DNA of 41,132 nucleotides from Chiloscyllium plagiosum (GCF_004010195.1 NC_057718.1:35311777-35352908), one strand, 5' to 3'; positions 22,813-34,360 are shown, counted from the first letter of the stretch. The notes: a model not told the origin generated them from the sequence alone. Translations and numbers: made by a program.

Positions 22813-24455
22813 AGTCAAAGAGCCATACAGCATGGAAACAAAATGTTCCCAAACTAAATTAGTCCCACTTGCCTCCATTTGACCCTTAGTTTAGATCAGA
22901 GTGGTGCTGGAAATGCACAACAGGTCAGGCAGCATCTGAGAAGCAGCAAAAGCCCTTCATCAGGAATAGAGGAAGGAATCCTCCAGGGTGGAGAGATAAA
23001 TGGGGGGATGGGGCTGGGGAGAAGGTAACAAACAGTACAATAGGTGAATGGGGGTGGGGATGGAGGTAATAGGTCAGAGAGGAGGGTGGGGGAAGGTAGC
23101 AAAGAGTACAGTAGGTGAATGGGGGTGGGGATGAAGGTGATAGGTCAGAGGGGAGGATGGAGCAGATAGTTGGGAAGGGAGATTGGCAGGTAGGACAGTC
23201 ATGAGGACAGTGCTGAGCTGGAAGGTTGGAACTGAGCTAAGGTGGGGTGAGGGGAAATGAGGAAACTGGTGAAGTCCACATTGATGCCCTGGGGTTGAAG
23301 TGTTCCGAGGTGGAAGATGAGGCGTTCTTCCTCTAGCCGTCAGGTGGTGAGGGAGCAGCGGTGGAAGAGGTCCAGGACATGCATGTACTCTGCAGAGTGG
23401 GACATTTGACCCATATCCCTTCCAATCTTTCCTATCCATGTACTTATCCAAATGTGTTTCAAATGTTGTAACTCTACCTGCATTCACCACTTCCTCTGGC
23501 ATTTCACTCCACACAAGAACCACTCTCTGTATAAAGTTGCCCTTCATGCCCTTTTTAAAATTTTCTCTTCTTACCTTAAAAATCCGCCCCCTAGTTTTGA
23601 ACTTCTCCTGATGTAGGAGAAGACCCTTGCAAGTCACCTTATCTATGCCCCTCATGATTTTATAAACTCCTCACTCTCCTATGTTTCAATGAAAAAAGAT
23701 CCCAGCCTATCCAACCTCTCCTTATAACTCAAAGCCTCCATTCCTATCAATATCTTGGTAAATCTTTTGTGAACCCTCCCCAATTTAATAATATCCTTCC
23801 TATAGCAGAGCAATTCGAACTGTACACATTACTTTAGAAGAGGCCTCACCAATGTTCTGTACAACCTCAACATGATGTCCCAACTCCTATACTCAAAGCA
23901 ATGAAGGCATGTGTGGTAAATACCTTCTCAACTCCCCTGTCTGCCTGTGACACAAATTTCAAAGGTTTATGTACCTGAACCTCCAGGTCTCTCTGTTCTA
24001 CAACACTACCCAGGACCCTACCATTAATTGCATAAGTCCTGTTTTTGTTTGTTTTACCAAAATGCAGTACCTTGCTTTAATTCTAATTAAACTCCATATG
24101 CCACTCCTCAGCCCATTGACCCAATTGATCAAGATCTCTTTGTAATATCAGATAATGTTCATCATTGTCCATTATACCACCAATCTTGGTGTCATCCACA
24201 AACTTATTAAGGATGCTTCCTATATTCTCATCCACATTGTTTATATAAATGAAAAAAAAGAGGAATGAGAACCAATCCCTGTGGAAAACCCCAATCAGAG
24301 GCCTCCAGTCCAAAAAACAACCCTCTACCTCTACCCTCTATCTCCCACCATCAATTTTGTATCCAACTGGTAAGCTCATCCTGAATCCTGCATAATCTAA
24401 CTTTACTAATTAGTCTACTATGTGGAACCTTGTCAATGGCTTCACTAAAGTCCAT
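22813..24455 (-). mobile_element. HER1-like CR1 LINE, RT to 3' tail, interrupted by a PLE
   Basis: IYINNVDENIGSILNKFVDDTKIGG..LQRDLDQLGQWAEEWHMEFN; FIQRVVLVWSEMPEEVV; tail at 22813-22885. Confidence 0.9.
22886..23402 (-). mobile_element. Penelope-like element 3' fragment (GIY-YIG C-terminus plus terminal repeat) with a 10-bp TSD
   Basis: TSD catttgaccc at 22876-22885 and 23403-23412; minus translation SHSAEYMHVLDLFHRCSLTT*RLEEERLIFHLGTLQPQGINVDFTSF. Confidence 0.85.
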
Positions 24456-25023
24456 ATGAATAATTTACATTTTGTATTTGCTTGCTTATTGTATTTGGAA
24501 ACAGTCCATAAAATAAATCACCCATTATCATGTATTGAGAAAGACACACTGACAAGCGAATGATGGAACGATGTCCTAATTACTGGGCAGAGATGACAGT
24601 GAAAGTATCTATGTAATTTGTAATGAAACTGGACAATCAAACAGTTAAAAACAAAATCAATCCACGAGCAACTCCACAGTGATATTTGGAGCAATGAAAC
24701 CTCCTGTGAATTGTAATTAGGAGCTTGTTTCCTTGCAATATATGACTTGTGTTTCCTATACATGCTGAAGTTATTAGGTAGGATTGAACATTTTATCAGT
24801 GACTATCGGTATTTTGTGGAAGGCACTGTGTTCTGTCTAAGATACTAGCACACCCCTTCTCTTATGGAGTTGATGCTCTTCTAAATTTATTTAGAGTCCA
24901 TCATATGTAATTCACAATAGAGGCTTTATGCGTCATCTAAAGCTATTATTATATTGTTTTCCGAAGCCTTTTGGTTCATAATTCCTGGGATTTGACATCA
25001 CCGCACTCTGGATTCATGGAACA

Positions 25024-25648
25024 CCCACACACACCCTTACAGACATACACACTCCCACACTCACACATGCACTCACTCACAGACTTAAGACAATCTGCAC
25101 TCACTACACACACCATACACTTTCTCATACTCACAAACCCCAATCCAGGCAGACACACACACACAGACAGACAAAGACCCACATGCACACATATATTTTG
25201 CTCAAAAACTGCATGCATTCATGTAGGACTCTGAGCTCAAAAACTGCATGAATTTATGTAAAACTCCGTTATCTCACTTTTTAGAGGGGGCCAACACCTT
25301 CAACGTATTGTCCAGCTATCACCATTGTTAACAGCTAACCCAAGAATGCAACTTTTTTTAAAGAAAAGTTTTGTGATTTACACATGAAAGAAGTGAAACT
25401 ATCACTGTATTCTAACAGATGAAAGGATTAACAGACAATCAATTCTTCAATGTATAATTTCAGTTACATCACACTGTAAATTTTTGCTATAAATTCTGTG
25501 TTACGATTGAGCCCTCCACTATCACCTGATGAAGGAGCGTCGCTCCGAAAGCTAGTGTGCTTCCAATTAAACCTGTTGGACTATAACCTGGTGTTGTGTG
25601 ATTTTTAACTTTGTACACCCCAGTCCAACACCGGGATCTCCAAATCAT
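25024..25648 (+). mobile_element. Non-coding PLE-derived insertion (second PLE family) with a 10-bp TSD
   Basis: TSD tcatggaaca at 25014-25023 and 25645-25654; CA-rich start; 35-bp tandem duplication (about 25200-25267); terminal aaacctgttggactataacctggtgttgtgtgatttttaactttgtacaccccagtccaacacc. Confidence 0.8.
25523..25557 (+). ncRNA. Minimal type I hammerhead ribozyme
   Basis: CAC-CUGAUGA-A-GGAGC-GUC-GCUCC-GAAA-GC-UA-GUG: core boxes at 25526-25532 and 25547-25550, 5-bp stem II, stem I CAC/GUG, palindromic AGCU in place of stem III; predicted cleavage after A25554. Confidence 0.8.
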
Positions 25649-25886
25649 GGAACAGGATGCTTAGTGTGGATAACATTACAACAGAATGGATAGAATTGAT
25701 TGATACAGATGTACAAACATCTGAAGTCTCCCGTTGATTGTCGTCAAATTTTGTCTGACAATCTTCCTATGAAGGGCCTTGGGATGATTTATTTTGGGAA
25801 GAATTTTGTGCTTCCTTGTAGGTTAGTTTGCGGGTGATGGGGGTGGATGTGCGGCGTATAAAGTACAATAGATACTTTCCCCATTG

Positions 25887-26090
25887 CTCCGGGTGCTCCG
25901 GTTTCCTCCCACAGTCCAAAGATGTGCAGGTCAGGTGAATTGGCCATGCTAAATTGCCCGTAGTGTTAGGTAAGGGGTAAATGTAGGGGTATGGGTGGGT
26001 TGCGCTTCGGCGGGTCGGTGTGGACTTGTTGGGCCGAAGGGCCTGTTTCCACACTGTAATGTAATCTAATCTAATGTAATCTAATTTAAT
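25887..26090 (+). mobile_element. Young 5'-truncated HE1 V-SINE
   Basis: Near-identical to the reverse complement of 21378-21566; (taatc/taatg)n tail. Confidence 0.95.
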
Positions 26091-26199
26091 TGCTCACCCA
26101 CCCAGCCATGCCCCCTGATCCCAGAACAATATTATGAACAACTGGAAAGGCCAATTAAAACATTGCCAGAGTCATACCAGACAAGAGCCATCTCCCAGT

Positions 26200-26286
26200 C
26201 AAGAGATGCAGTTAATAGTGATTTAACCTGATGGTCACCCCACCTCAGGCGAAGGGACTGATTGAGAAAGAGAGTCGTTCATGATG
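26200..26286 (-). mobile_element. Fragment of a third tRNA-SINE family
   Basis: cctcaggcgaagggactgattgagaaagagagtcgttcatg is similar to 36419-36460. Confidence 0.55.
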
Positions 26287-26771
26287 CTTACTGATCAATT
26301 AATGGTCGCTTAAAGAATACTTCTCCATTATTATTTCATAGGAGGCTGGCTGAGGCCAGTTGTAGGTCAGAAACTCAGCAGCTGACATTGTTCGAGTGAG
26401 TGGGTGGCATTGGGTTAGAGTGCCACATTAATGGGCCCCCTATATTGATTAGATGTTCCCTGAAGCTCAGACATCCTGTTTCCTCTACCCCATGCCCTGG
26501 TCACCACGGCAGCAATCCTCTTCGTGCCGACATCCCTGGGACCAGATTGGCAGGCCTCAATGACAACTTTATCCCAATTACCTTGCACCCAGCTCCAGCA
26601 GCAAACATTGTGCGGTGATGGTATTGTTCCCTGTCATGCTGTGTTACTATGGAGCTGCTGGCCTTCCAATTGACTGTTGAAGGTAAGACTGTCTCCCCAA
26701 AACTTTAGTCTCAAGGTTATTATGGAAGTTAACTTGCTACAAGGTCATGGGTTTGAGCAGGAAAAGAAAAT

Positions 26772-26856
26772 CAGGAGAAAGTGAGGACTGCAGATGCTGG
26801 AGAGTCTGAGTCAAAAGGTGTGGTGCTGGAAAAGCACAGCAGGTCAGGCAGCATCC
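26772..26856 (-). mobile_element. PLE terminal-repeat fragment
   Basis: aggagaaagtgaggactgcagatgctggaga...gtgtggtgctggaaaagcacagcaggtcaggcagcatcc; inverted match to 27664-27742. Confidence 0.8.
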
Positions 26857-27041
26857 AAAGAATAGATGATTAGTCCACTTCTGCACACACCTATGGCACT
26901 TGACATAAAATCCAGTCCAATGTTAGTGGAATTACATGAATAAAAATTATTATTTTAAAAGTTGTTGAGCTTTACAAATGTTTAAATGCCTATTAACTTT
27001 CTTGTTGTCCAACGAAGGGGCTTGATAACACTTAATAAATT

Positions 27042-27743
27042 AGAGTCAAAAAGTGTGGTACTGGAAAAGCACAGCAGGTCAGGCAGCATCCATGGAGCAA
27101 GGGAGTTGACATTTTGGGCATAAGCCTTTCATTAGGAATGTGGGTGGGGGGAGGCGGGAATTGCCCAAGGGGGCTGAGAGATAAATGGGAAGGGTGAGGT
27201 TGAGGGGAAGGTAGCTTGGAAGGCGATAGTTAGATGAAGATGGGGGGGTGATGGTGTTAAGTTGGAGAGGAAGGTAGAGCAGATAGGTGGGAAGGAAGAT
27301 GGACAGGTAGAACAAGTAATGAGGACGGTGCCGAGTTGGAGGGTTGGATCTGGGATAAGGTGGGGGAAGGGGAGATGAGGAAACAGGTGAAATCGACATT
27401 GATGTCATGTGATTGGAGGGTCCCAAGGTGGAAGATGAGACGGTCCTCCCCAAGACATTGGGTGGCTTAGATTTGGAGGAGGCCCAGGACTCCACCCTCC
27501 GCTCTGTCCTACCACCATCATCTCCCACCTTCATCTACCTATCACCTTTCAAGCTACCTTCCCACCAGCTCCACCTCCCATCCCATTTATCTCTCAATCC
27601 CCTTACACCCACCCACATTCCTGATGAAGGGCTTATGCCCAAAACACCGACTCTCCTGCTCCTCAGATGCTGTCTGACCTGTTGTACTTTCCCGGCACTA
27701 CACATTTTGACTCTCCAGCACCTGCAGTACACACTTTCTCCTA
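27042..27743. mobile_element. Penelope-like element with an inverted terminal repeat (minus 27042-27490, plus 27491-27743)
   Basis: Minus translation VLGLLQI*ATQCLGEDRLIFHLGTLQSHDINVDFTCF; terminal sequence present in both orientations, each with a decayed hammerhead (27105-27139 and 27617-27651). Confidence 0.82.
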
Positions 27744-27959
27744 GTCATTATCAATTCATACATTCCAACTGCCTCCCTGTCCTTGCCTAAGTGGCCATTG
27801 TCATCTGTGACACAAACAGCAAGAATAAACTGACAGTGCCAACATCTGAAGTAATACCACATGCTGCTACACCCGATTATCTACATCTAAAGCTTTCTAC
27901 TGGGAAAGTGAAGTATTGAAAACATGGGACATAATCTAGCTAGTGTCTTCATTTCCTTA

Positions 27960-28272
27960 GCGTGGCACAGTGGTTAGCACTGCTGCCTCACAGCATCAGA
28001 GATCCAGGTTAAATTCCTGCCTCAGGCAACTCTCTGTGTGGAGTTTACACATTCTCCCCATGTCTGCATAGGTTTCCTTTGGGTGCTCCTGTTTCCTCCC
28101 ACAGTCCAAAAATGAGCTGGTTAGGTGAATTGGCCAAGCTAAATTGCCTGTAGTGTTAGGTGAAGGGATAAATGTAGGGGAATGGGTCTGGGTGGGTTGC
28201 GCTTCAGCGGGTCGGTGTGGACTTGTTGGGCTGAAGGGTCTGTTTCCACACTGTAAGTAATCTAAAAAAAAA
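27960..28272 (+). mobile_element. HE1 V-SINE
   Basis: gtggcacagtggttagcactgctgcctcacagc...ctgtttccacactgtaagtaatctaaaaaa. Confidence 0.95.
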
Positions 28273-28404
28273 TCTGAAATCTAATTCAGAATTGTCAATA
28301 GAAAATCATTCCTCCTTCCATAATGTCAATGATTTTGGCCTGTCATTTATCTCCAAATAACAAATTCTCAAACCAGTCATTGTTCTTGATTTGGCACAGT
28401 AGCT

Positions 28405-28677
28405 GGGGTGGCACGGTAGTTCAGTGGTTGGCACTGCTGCCTCACAGCACCAGGGACCCGGGTTTGATCCTAGTCTCCCCGTGTCTGCGTGGGTTTCCTC
28501 CCATAGTCCAAAGATGTGCAGGTCAGGTGAATTGGCCAAGCTAAATTGTCCACAGTGTTAGGTACATTAGTCAGAGGGAAATGGGTCTGGGTGGGGTTAC
28601 TCTTCGGAGGGTCGGTGTGGACTTGTTGGGCCAAAGGGCCTGTTTCCACACTGTAAGGAATCTAATCTTAAAAAAAA
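28405..28677 (+). mobile_element. HE1 V-SINE with an internal deletion
   Basis: Head and tail present; about 40 nt after the B box (tgtgtggagtttgcaca) is missing. Confidence 0.92.
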
Positions 28678-28816
28678 TGTTGATAATCATGTGACATCAG
28701 ATGTACGTAACTGGTTTTAAACATCAATTTGACAAATCTTGATACAGTTGCAGCCACAGAGAAAACTGCATTAGTGACTCATTATCTGGAGTCATTGGAA
28801 TTCATCAGGCTAATAG

Positions 28817-28917
28817 ATCTGAAACGTTACCTGTCTCACGCTATGCAGATGTTGCCTCACCTGAACAGCTGAGCAATTTCAGCTTTTTTTTTAATTTCAG
28901 ATTTCAAAGATCTTCAG
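28817..28917 (+). mobile_element. PLE-derived terminal fragment
   Basis: tgaaacgttacctgtctc..cagatgttgcctcacctg...ttttaatttcagatttc resembles 22676-22740. Confidence 0.5.
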
Positions 28918-30552
28918 AGAATATTCCTGAGAAAAACTGCATTCAATTAATCTATGTCTAGTGAGTTTAGGCACTGTTGGAAGGAGGCAAGGCAGAAGTG
29001 CCATATGTTAGAATTAACAATTAAAACAACGCAAGAGTGCTAATGAATCTACCAAGGTCTTTCCAGCCAGAAACATCTGGCTTGTTGGGGCATTCTTTTT
29101 CACTCCTATCACATGTATCTGCATATAAAAGTTCAGATATATATGATTTGGCTCAAATGATCTATGCTGATGCTTGTCTTGCACATGAATCTTGTACCAG
29201 ATGTCTGTGCATCAAACCCCATCAGGATAACTGATAATCACTGTTCGCTTGTCTCTTTATCTAGATTTGCCTAAATGAATCTGAAGTCAAGTGGGATGAA
29301 TTCCAAACCCTTTCTTTATCCCATTAATTAGCAAACTGATGAGTACTGAAGGCGCTGCCTAACTAAGTATACAATGACTGAGTTTTCCACAGATGTTTGG
29401 TTCTTTTCCAACCTTCCACTGCCAGGACAAAATCTTGGAGGCAGACAATGAATTGGAAAATTAGATGGCGTGTATATTGGGCAGTCAATCTGCAATCATC
29501 CACGTTCTGCTTGTAGATGTTTTCTCATCAATGTCTTCAGAGATTTTAGCACACACCTTTGGAGCAGGTCAGACCTGAAACTTATTCTCCTGGCCCAGAG
29601 GTACGAACATTATCACTGAGCCCATACAAGTGCTCTACAGTTCCACTGTGGAGCAGGAGACAGGACAGCAAGGAAAATGATGCTAAGAGCCCGTACGTCT
29701 GTCTGCCGCCTGTGTCCCCACCCTGTGAGTGACTTTCCCTCAAATGCAGAGAGACTTGAACGGGCTGAGGATTGGAAAATGAAGTTAACAGCCTCATTAA
29801 TTGGACATGGTCAGGCTGTTAATGAACCTGTGAAGAGCTCTCCTCCTGACTTCCCAAGGTTTTAATGGGGGGCAGGTAACTATCAGGAGCTCTTGGAAGC
29901 TGATCTGCTGCAACTCAATGAGTAATAAAGTGTGACTTTACACTGTAATAAACTAATGCACAGCAATGACATTTTAGTAACCAATGTTTCCCTACCCCAC
30001 CTCGGGTCTCAACTCTTCATTGACCCATACTACTTTGAAGATGAAGACCTGCCTCTGTTGTTAAAGTCACACACAGACAGCTCCAGATGTAGCCAGAACA
30101 TGGCTCAATTCACACCTCCCCTGCCTCTCCCAGCTACCAGTTAGGCTGTAGGTCCAACTGTAGGGTCATTAAGACCCCAAACCCTGTAAAACATCCCCAT
30201 CCCCACCCTGATAGGCTGGGAGTGCTGGCCTGAATGTGATCTGGTAACCATCCTACCTTTCCAATGTCCACCTCAAATTAAAAGATCCTGTCTACATCCC
30301 GTCTTTTATCTCACTGCTCTTTGTAAAACCAGTGTCAGTAACTGAGACAATGACAATAGTTATCCTAAACCATGAAACTGGCTACGGCAATGTCCAGCAA
30401 TAGCAAATGCTGCCATTTATGTGCAAGTCCAAAAAAATTTTTCTGTATCCTGGAAGATCTGCTAGTTATTTATTTAAATGGATAATACTTTGAGTGATTT
30501 AACAGTGGACAAAGGAACTGCTTACAATGCAGCACACATTCTTTTGATTATA

Positions 30553-30870
30553 TGGCATGGTGACTCAGTGGTTAGCAATGCTGCCTCACAGCACCAGGGG
30601 ACTTGGGTTTGATCCCATCCTCGGGCAACTGTCTGAGTGAAGTTTGCACATTCTCGCCGTGTCTGCATGGGTTTCCTCTGGGTGCTCCAGTTTCCTCCCA
30701 CAATCCAAAGATGTGCAGGTTAGGTGAATTGGCCATGCTAAATTGCCCATTGTGTGTTGGGTGCATTAGTCAGGGGTAGGGGAATGGGTCTGGGTGGGCT
30801 ACTCTTCAGAGGGTCAGTGTGGATTTGTTGGGCTAATGGTCTGTTTCCATACTGTAGGGAATCTAATCTA
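30553..30870 (+). mobile_element. HE1 V-SINE
   Basis: ggcatggtgactcagtggttagc...ctgtttccatactgtagggaatctaatcta. Confidence 0.93.
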
Positions 30871-31593
30871 AAGAATACATTTCAGACTGGTATATCAAAA
30901 TTTACATTGGACATAGATACTCCTGGGCACTTTTCCAGGAAGGAAATGATTTCATCCTTACACTTATTTTTAATATTTATCTTTCATTATTGAGAAGAAA
31001 GTCCCTTGGCAAACATTAGGGAACAGAAATTTGTTCCCTTCCCTGTGACAGGTTTTGTGGTGGGGAGATTGGCAAATGGATGCTCCACCATCTTCTGGGC
31101 ATTATCTCAGTTAAGGCTGCCGTGGTAAAGCTTGTGATGATTTTCTCACCCTGTTGCTCATTGGCAGTCTCAGCCATCTCATCCGGACCTATAGAAGCTC
31201 ATAATACTACATCAATTGTATTAACAGCAATGAAGAGGAAGCTTGCCAAGCAGGGAGCATGATAAGTAACTATGTGTTACATGGACTTCTAGAAAGGCAC
31301 CGTATCCTCCTTCAGAGGCACTCTATACCTGGTCAAAGGAACTGGCATTTTAAGAGTTAGCCTGCTGAGAGTCAGCTCCTTGTTCTTACAGCTAACTGCC
31401 TACCTAGCCATCTCCTCAGACATTCACCCCAGATGTCCTTCCCACCATTGCTTACCTCTGGCCTAGGATGCAGCAATGGTCTGAGGCTCAGGTACGTGTT
31501 TATCAGCAGCACCCACTGCTTCACCAGTGATGCTGCGATTCAATAAAGCGGGCAGCCTAATGGATTGGCTCTGAAGAGTGCCACTTCTCTCCT

Positions 31594-31615
31594 GGGGGGG
31601 GGGGGGGGGGGGGGG
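31594..31615 (+). repeat. G22 homopolymer
   Basis: 22 consecutive G residues. Confidence 0.95.
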
Positions 31616-32719
31616 CCTTCATTCCAGGGGAATATTCACTGCTGGCCAAGCAGGACCTTGACTGGCATGTGATTTGGCAAACTTTCCCAAAGGGCTTTAG
31701 CCATCTCTACACTTGGCACCAAGATTCTCATTGACATTGTTAAGAGACTTTCCCTGAACTCTATCGATTTCTTCAATTCTTCATATCTCTGCCCAGACTA
31801 TGCTATTTGTATCCTGTGCGAAGCAACTCTGTGTCATCATTGTAAAGTTATTCCAGGGTCCTAAATCCTTTACATAACATCCTTTATAGAGAGAGAGAGA
31901 TGGAAGACAAGATGATGTCACCAGCAAATGCCATATTACAATCAGTGAGGGAACCGAAGGCCTTATCAGAAATATGTACCCTTATTTTGTTCACAGTGCG
32001 CAAATCTACAGCTGCAGACATTCCAGCCCTCACGCACGCAAGCACTATCTGCAGTGATGCCATCAGAAATAAGAAAGATGCTGCTTACTTCTTTGAATGA
32101 ACATTGCAATTTAAAGATTACGTGGAAAATGTCAACATCACTATAGTGTTTACCCAGCTGTAAGGTACAAATTTTTGGTTTTCAAATTTGATGTAACAAG
32201 CTCTCTTTAAATTCTTGATCAAAATCTCAACGTAATTCATCTCATTAGTGCACCCATTCAAGCATGTTGATGAAGGACTTACTATCGGCTTGTTAATGCG
32301 CATATATATCTTGGTTCCTTGTCCTGCAGTTATTCAATTGCAGCCTTTTGATATCATCAAGAATTAAAATTCTGTCAGAACTTCTGCATGTGTCGACTAC
32401 TTACATTTCTCACTAAATTACAAAGATTTCTCCTTTTAAATTTGAAGTATCTATTTTTGCATTCTTTATGAATAAAGATTAACATAGATCTGTGTAGCAA
32501 CGAGACAGAACATCATAATCAGGCCAAACCTTTATGCTTAGACTTGACTTGGGGAATTGTGCTAAACTCTGAATAAGAGAGGCAGAATCTTATAGGTTCT
32601 GAGAAAGAAACTGGAACAGAAGATAAATGGGACTAAGTGATTAGCCTTTCAAAAAGGCTAGCATAGGTACAATGAACTGAATGACCTTTTTCTAGGTCAG
32701 AAGGCAAATGATGACAATG

Positions 32720-33935
32720 ACACAAAGAGTCTGCAGAGGAACATAGGCAGGTTAAGTACGTGGGCAAAATCTTGACAGATGGGAATGTGAGAAAATGTGA
32801 GATTATGCACCTTGGCACGAAGAATGTGGGGGAGCTGAATATTATTTAAATGGAGAAAGATTGCAGTAAGTTACAGAACAGAGGGGTGTGGGAGTTCTCA
32901 TCCACGGATCACAAAAAGCTAGCATCCAAGTTCAGCAGTAACAGGAAAGGCAAATGGTATGTTGACCCTTAATACAAATGGAATGAAGTATGATGAAGTT
33001 CTTTTTCAGGTTGGCGACCCGTGACCTGTGGGGTTTCGCAGGGATCAGTGCTGGGACTACAACTGCCTACAATATATACGAATGACTTGCAGGAAGGAAG
33101 TGAATGTACTGAGGTTAAGTTTGCAGACAACACTAAAGTAAGCGGAAAGGCAAGTTGTGAGATGGATACAAGCAATTTACAGAGATTGACAGTTTAAGTA
33201 AGTGACAAATGCAGTATAATGTGGAAAATGAGAAGCTCATTTTGCAAGGGAGAGTCAAAAGACCAGAATATTATTTAAATGAAAAGGAAATCTACAGAAA
33301 GCTGCTACACAAAGGGACTTGAGGGTTACTTATACGTGAAACAAAGAAAGCCAGCACAGTGCAGCAGGTAATCAGGAAGATGGATGGAATGTCTACCCTT
33401 GTTTCAAGAGCCTTGGAGTATAAGAGTAGAAATGAGACCACACCTGGTGTACTGTGAGCAGTTTAGGTCCCTTTGTTAAGAAAGCTATCATTTCATTAGA
33501 GGTAGGTTAACTAGGATGTTCCTTGGTATAGAGGAATATCTTATGAGCAAAGACTATATAAGTTAAGATTCTACTCACTTAGAAGATTGAGAGATGATCT
33601 CATTGACTCATCTTGATTCTTAAGTGGCATCACAGGATTAATGCTGGGAGGATGTTTCCCCTCGTGAGAGAATCAAGGACCAGAAGGCATAGTCTCAGAA
33701 TAATGAGGCACCAATTTAAGGCTGAGATGAGGTGGAATTTATTCTCTCAGAAGGTTGTGAGTCTTTGGAACTGTTTGCCATAAAGACACACTTGTTTCTA
33801 TTTAAGGGTGGGTCAAATAGATTCTTGATGATTGTAGGAATCGGGGTGATGGGGAAAGGGCAGGAAAGTGGACCTGAGAAACGTTGAATGATCCTTTGAA
33901 TGGCAGATCAGGTTCAAAGGGCCTTCATATGGTCT
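32720..33935 (+). mobile_element. CR1 LINE fragments: a post-RT piece (32720-32985) followed by RT to 3' tail (32990-33935)
   Basis: GWRPVTCGVSQGSVLGLQLPTIYTNDLQEG...KFADNTK at 33009-33137; the tattatttaaatg segment occurs twice (about 32840 and 33269); CR1 tail at about 33880-33935. Confidence 0.8.
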
Positions 33936-33949
33936 TAAGGTCTTATAAA

Positions 33950-34360
33950 AATAGGGAACTTTTGCTAAAGCACTAGCTGTACCACAGTTGAATGCAGTAA
34001 ACAGTTGTGGGCACCTTATCTTAGGCAAGATATACTGCCATTGGACGTAGACCAGAAAAGGTTCTCGAGGTTGATACTAAGTTTGTAAGGTCTGTCCTAT
34101 GAGAAAAGCGTAAGTAGATAGGGCCTGTACATAATGGAATAAAGAAGAATAAAACGCAATCTTATTGAAAGAAAGAAGATTCTTATTGGACTTGACAGGG
34201 TCAAGTCAGAAAGATTGTTTCCACTTGTGGGAGAATCTATGAGCAGAGAGCCTAATCTCAGAATAAGGGGTTGCACGTTTAAGACCATTGAAGGAACTTC
34301 TTCTCAGTGAGGCTGGGCCATTAAGCATATTCACTGCAGAGATCGGCAGATTTTTAATCA
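33950..34360 (+). mobile_element. CR1 LINE 3' fragment (decayed)
   Basis: aagcactagctgtaccacagttgaa...ggacttgacagggtc...ttgtttccacttgtgggagaatcta...aatctcagaataagggg. Confidence 0.75.

Noticed and set aside
23074..23655. Longest ORF in the track (193 aa)
   Set aside because: Chance read-through from a CR1 ORF2 end into an off-frame PLE sequence across an insertion junction.
29425..30292. Possible Harbinger-type MITE with TIRs ggacaaaatctt / aagatcctgtct
   Set aside because: Only 9 of 12 positions match and there is no clear TSD; too weak without a consensus.
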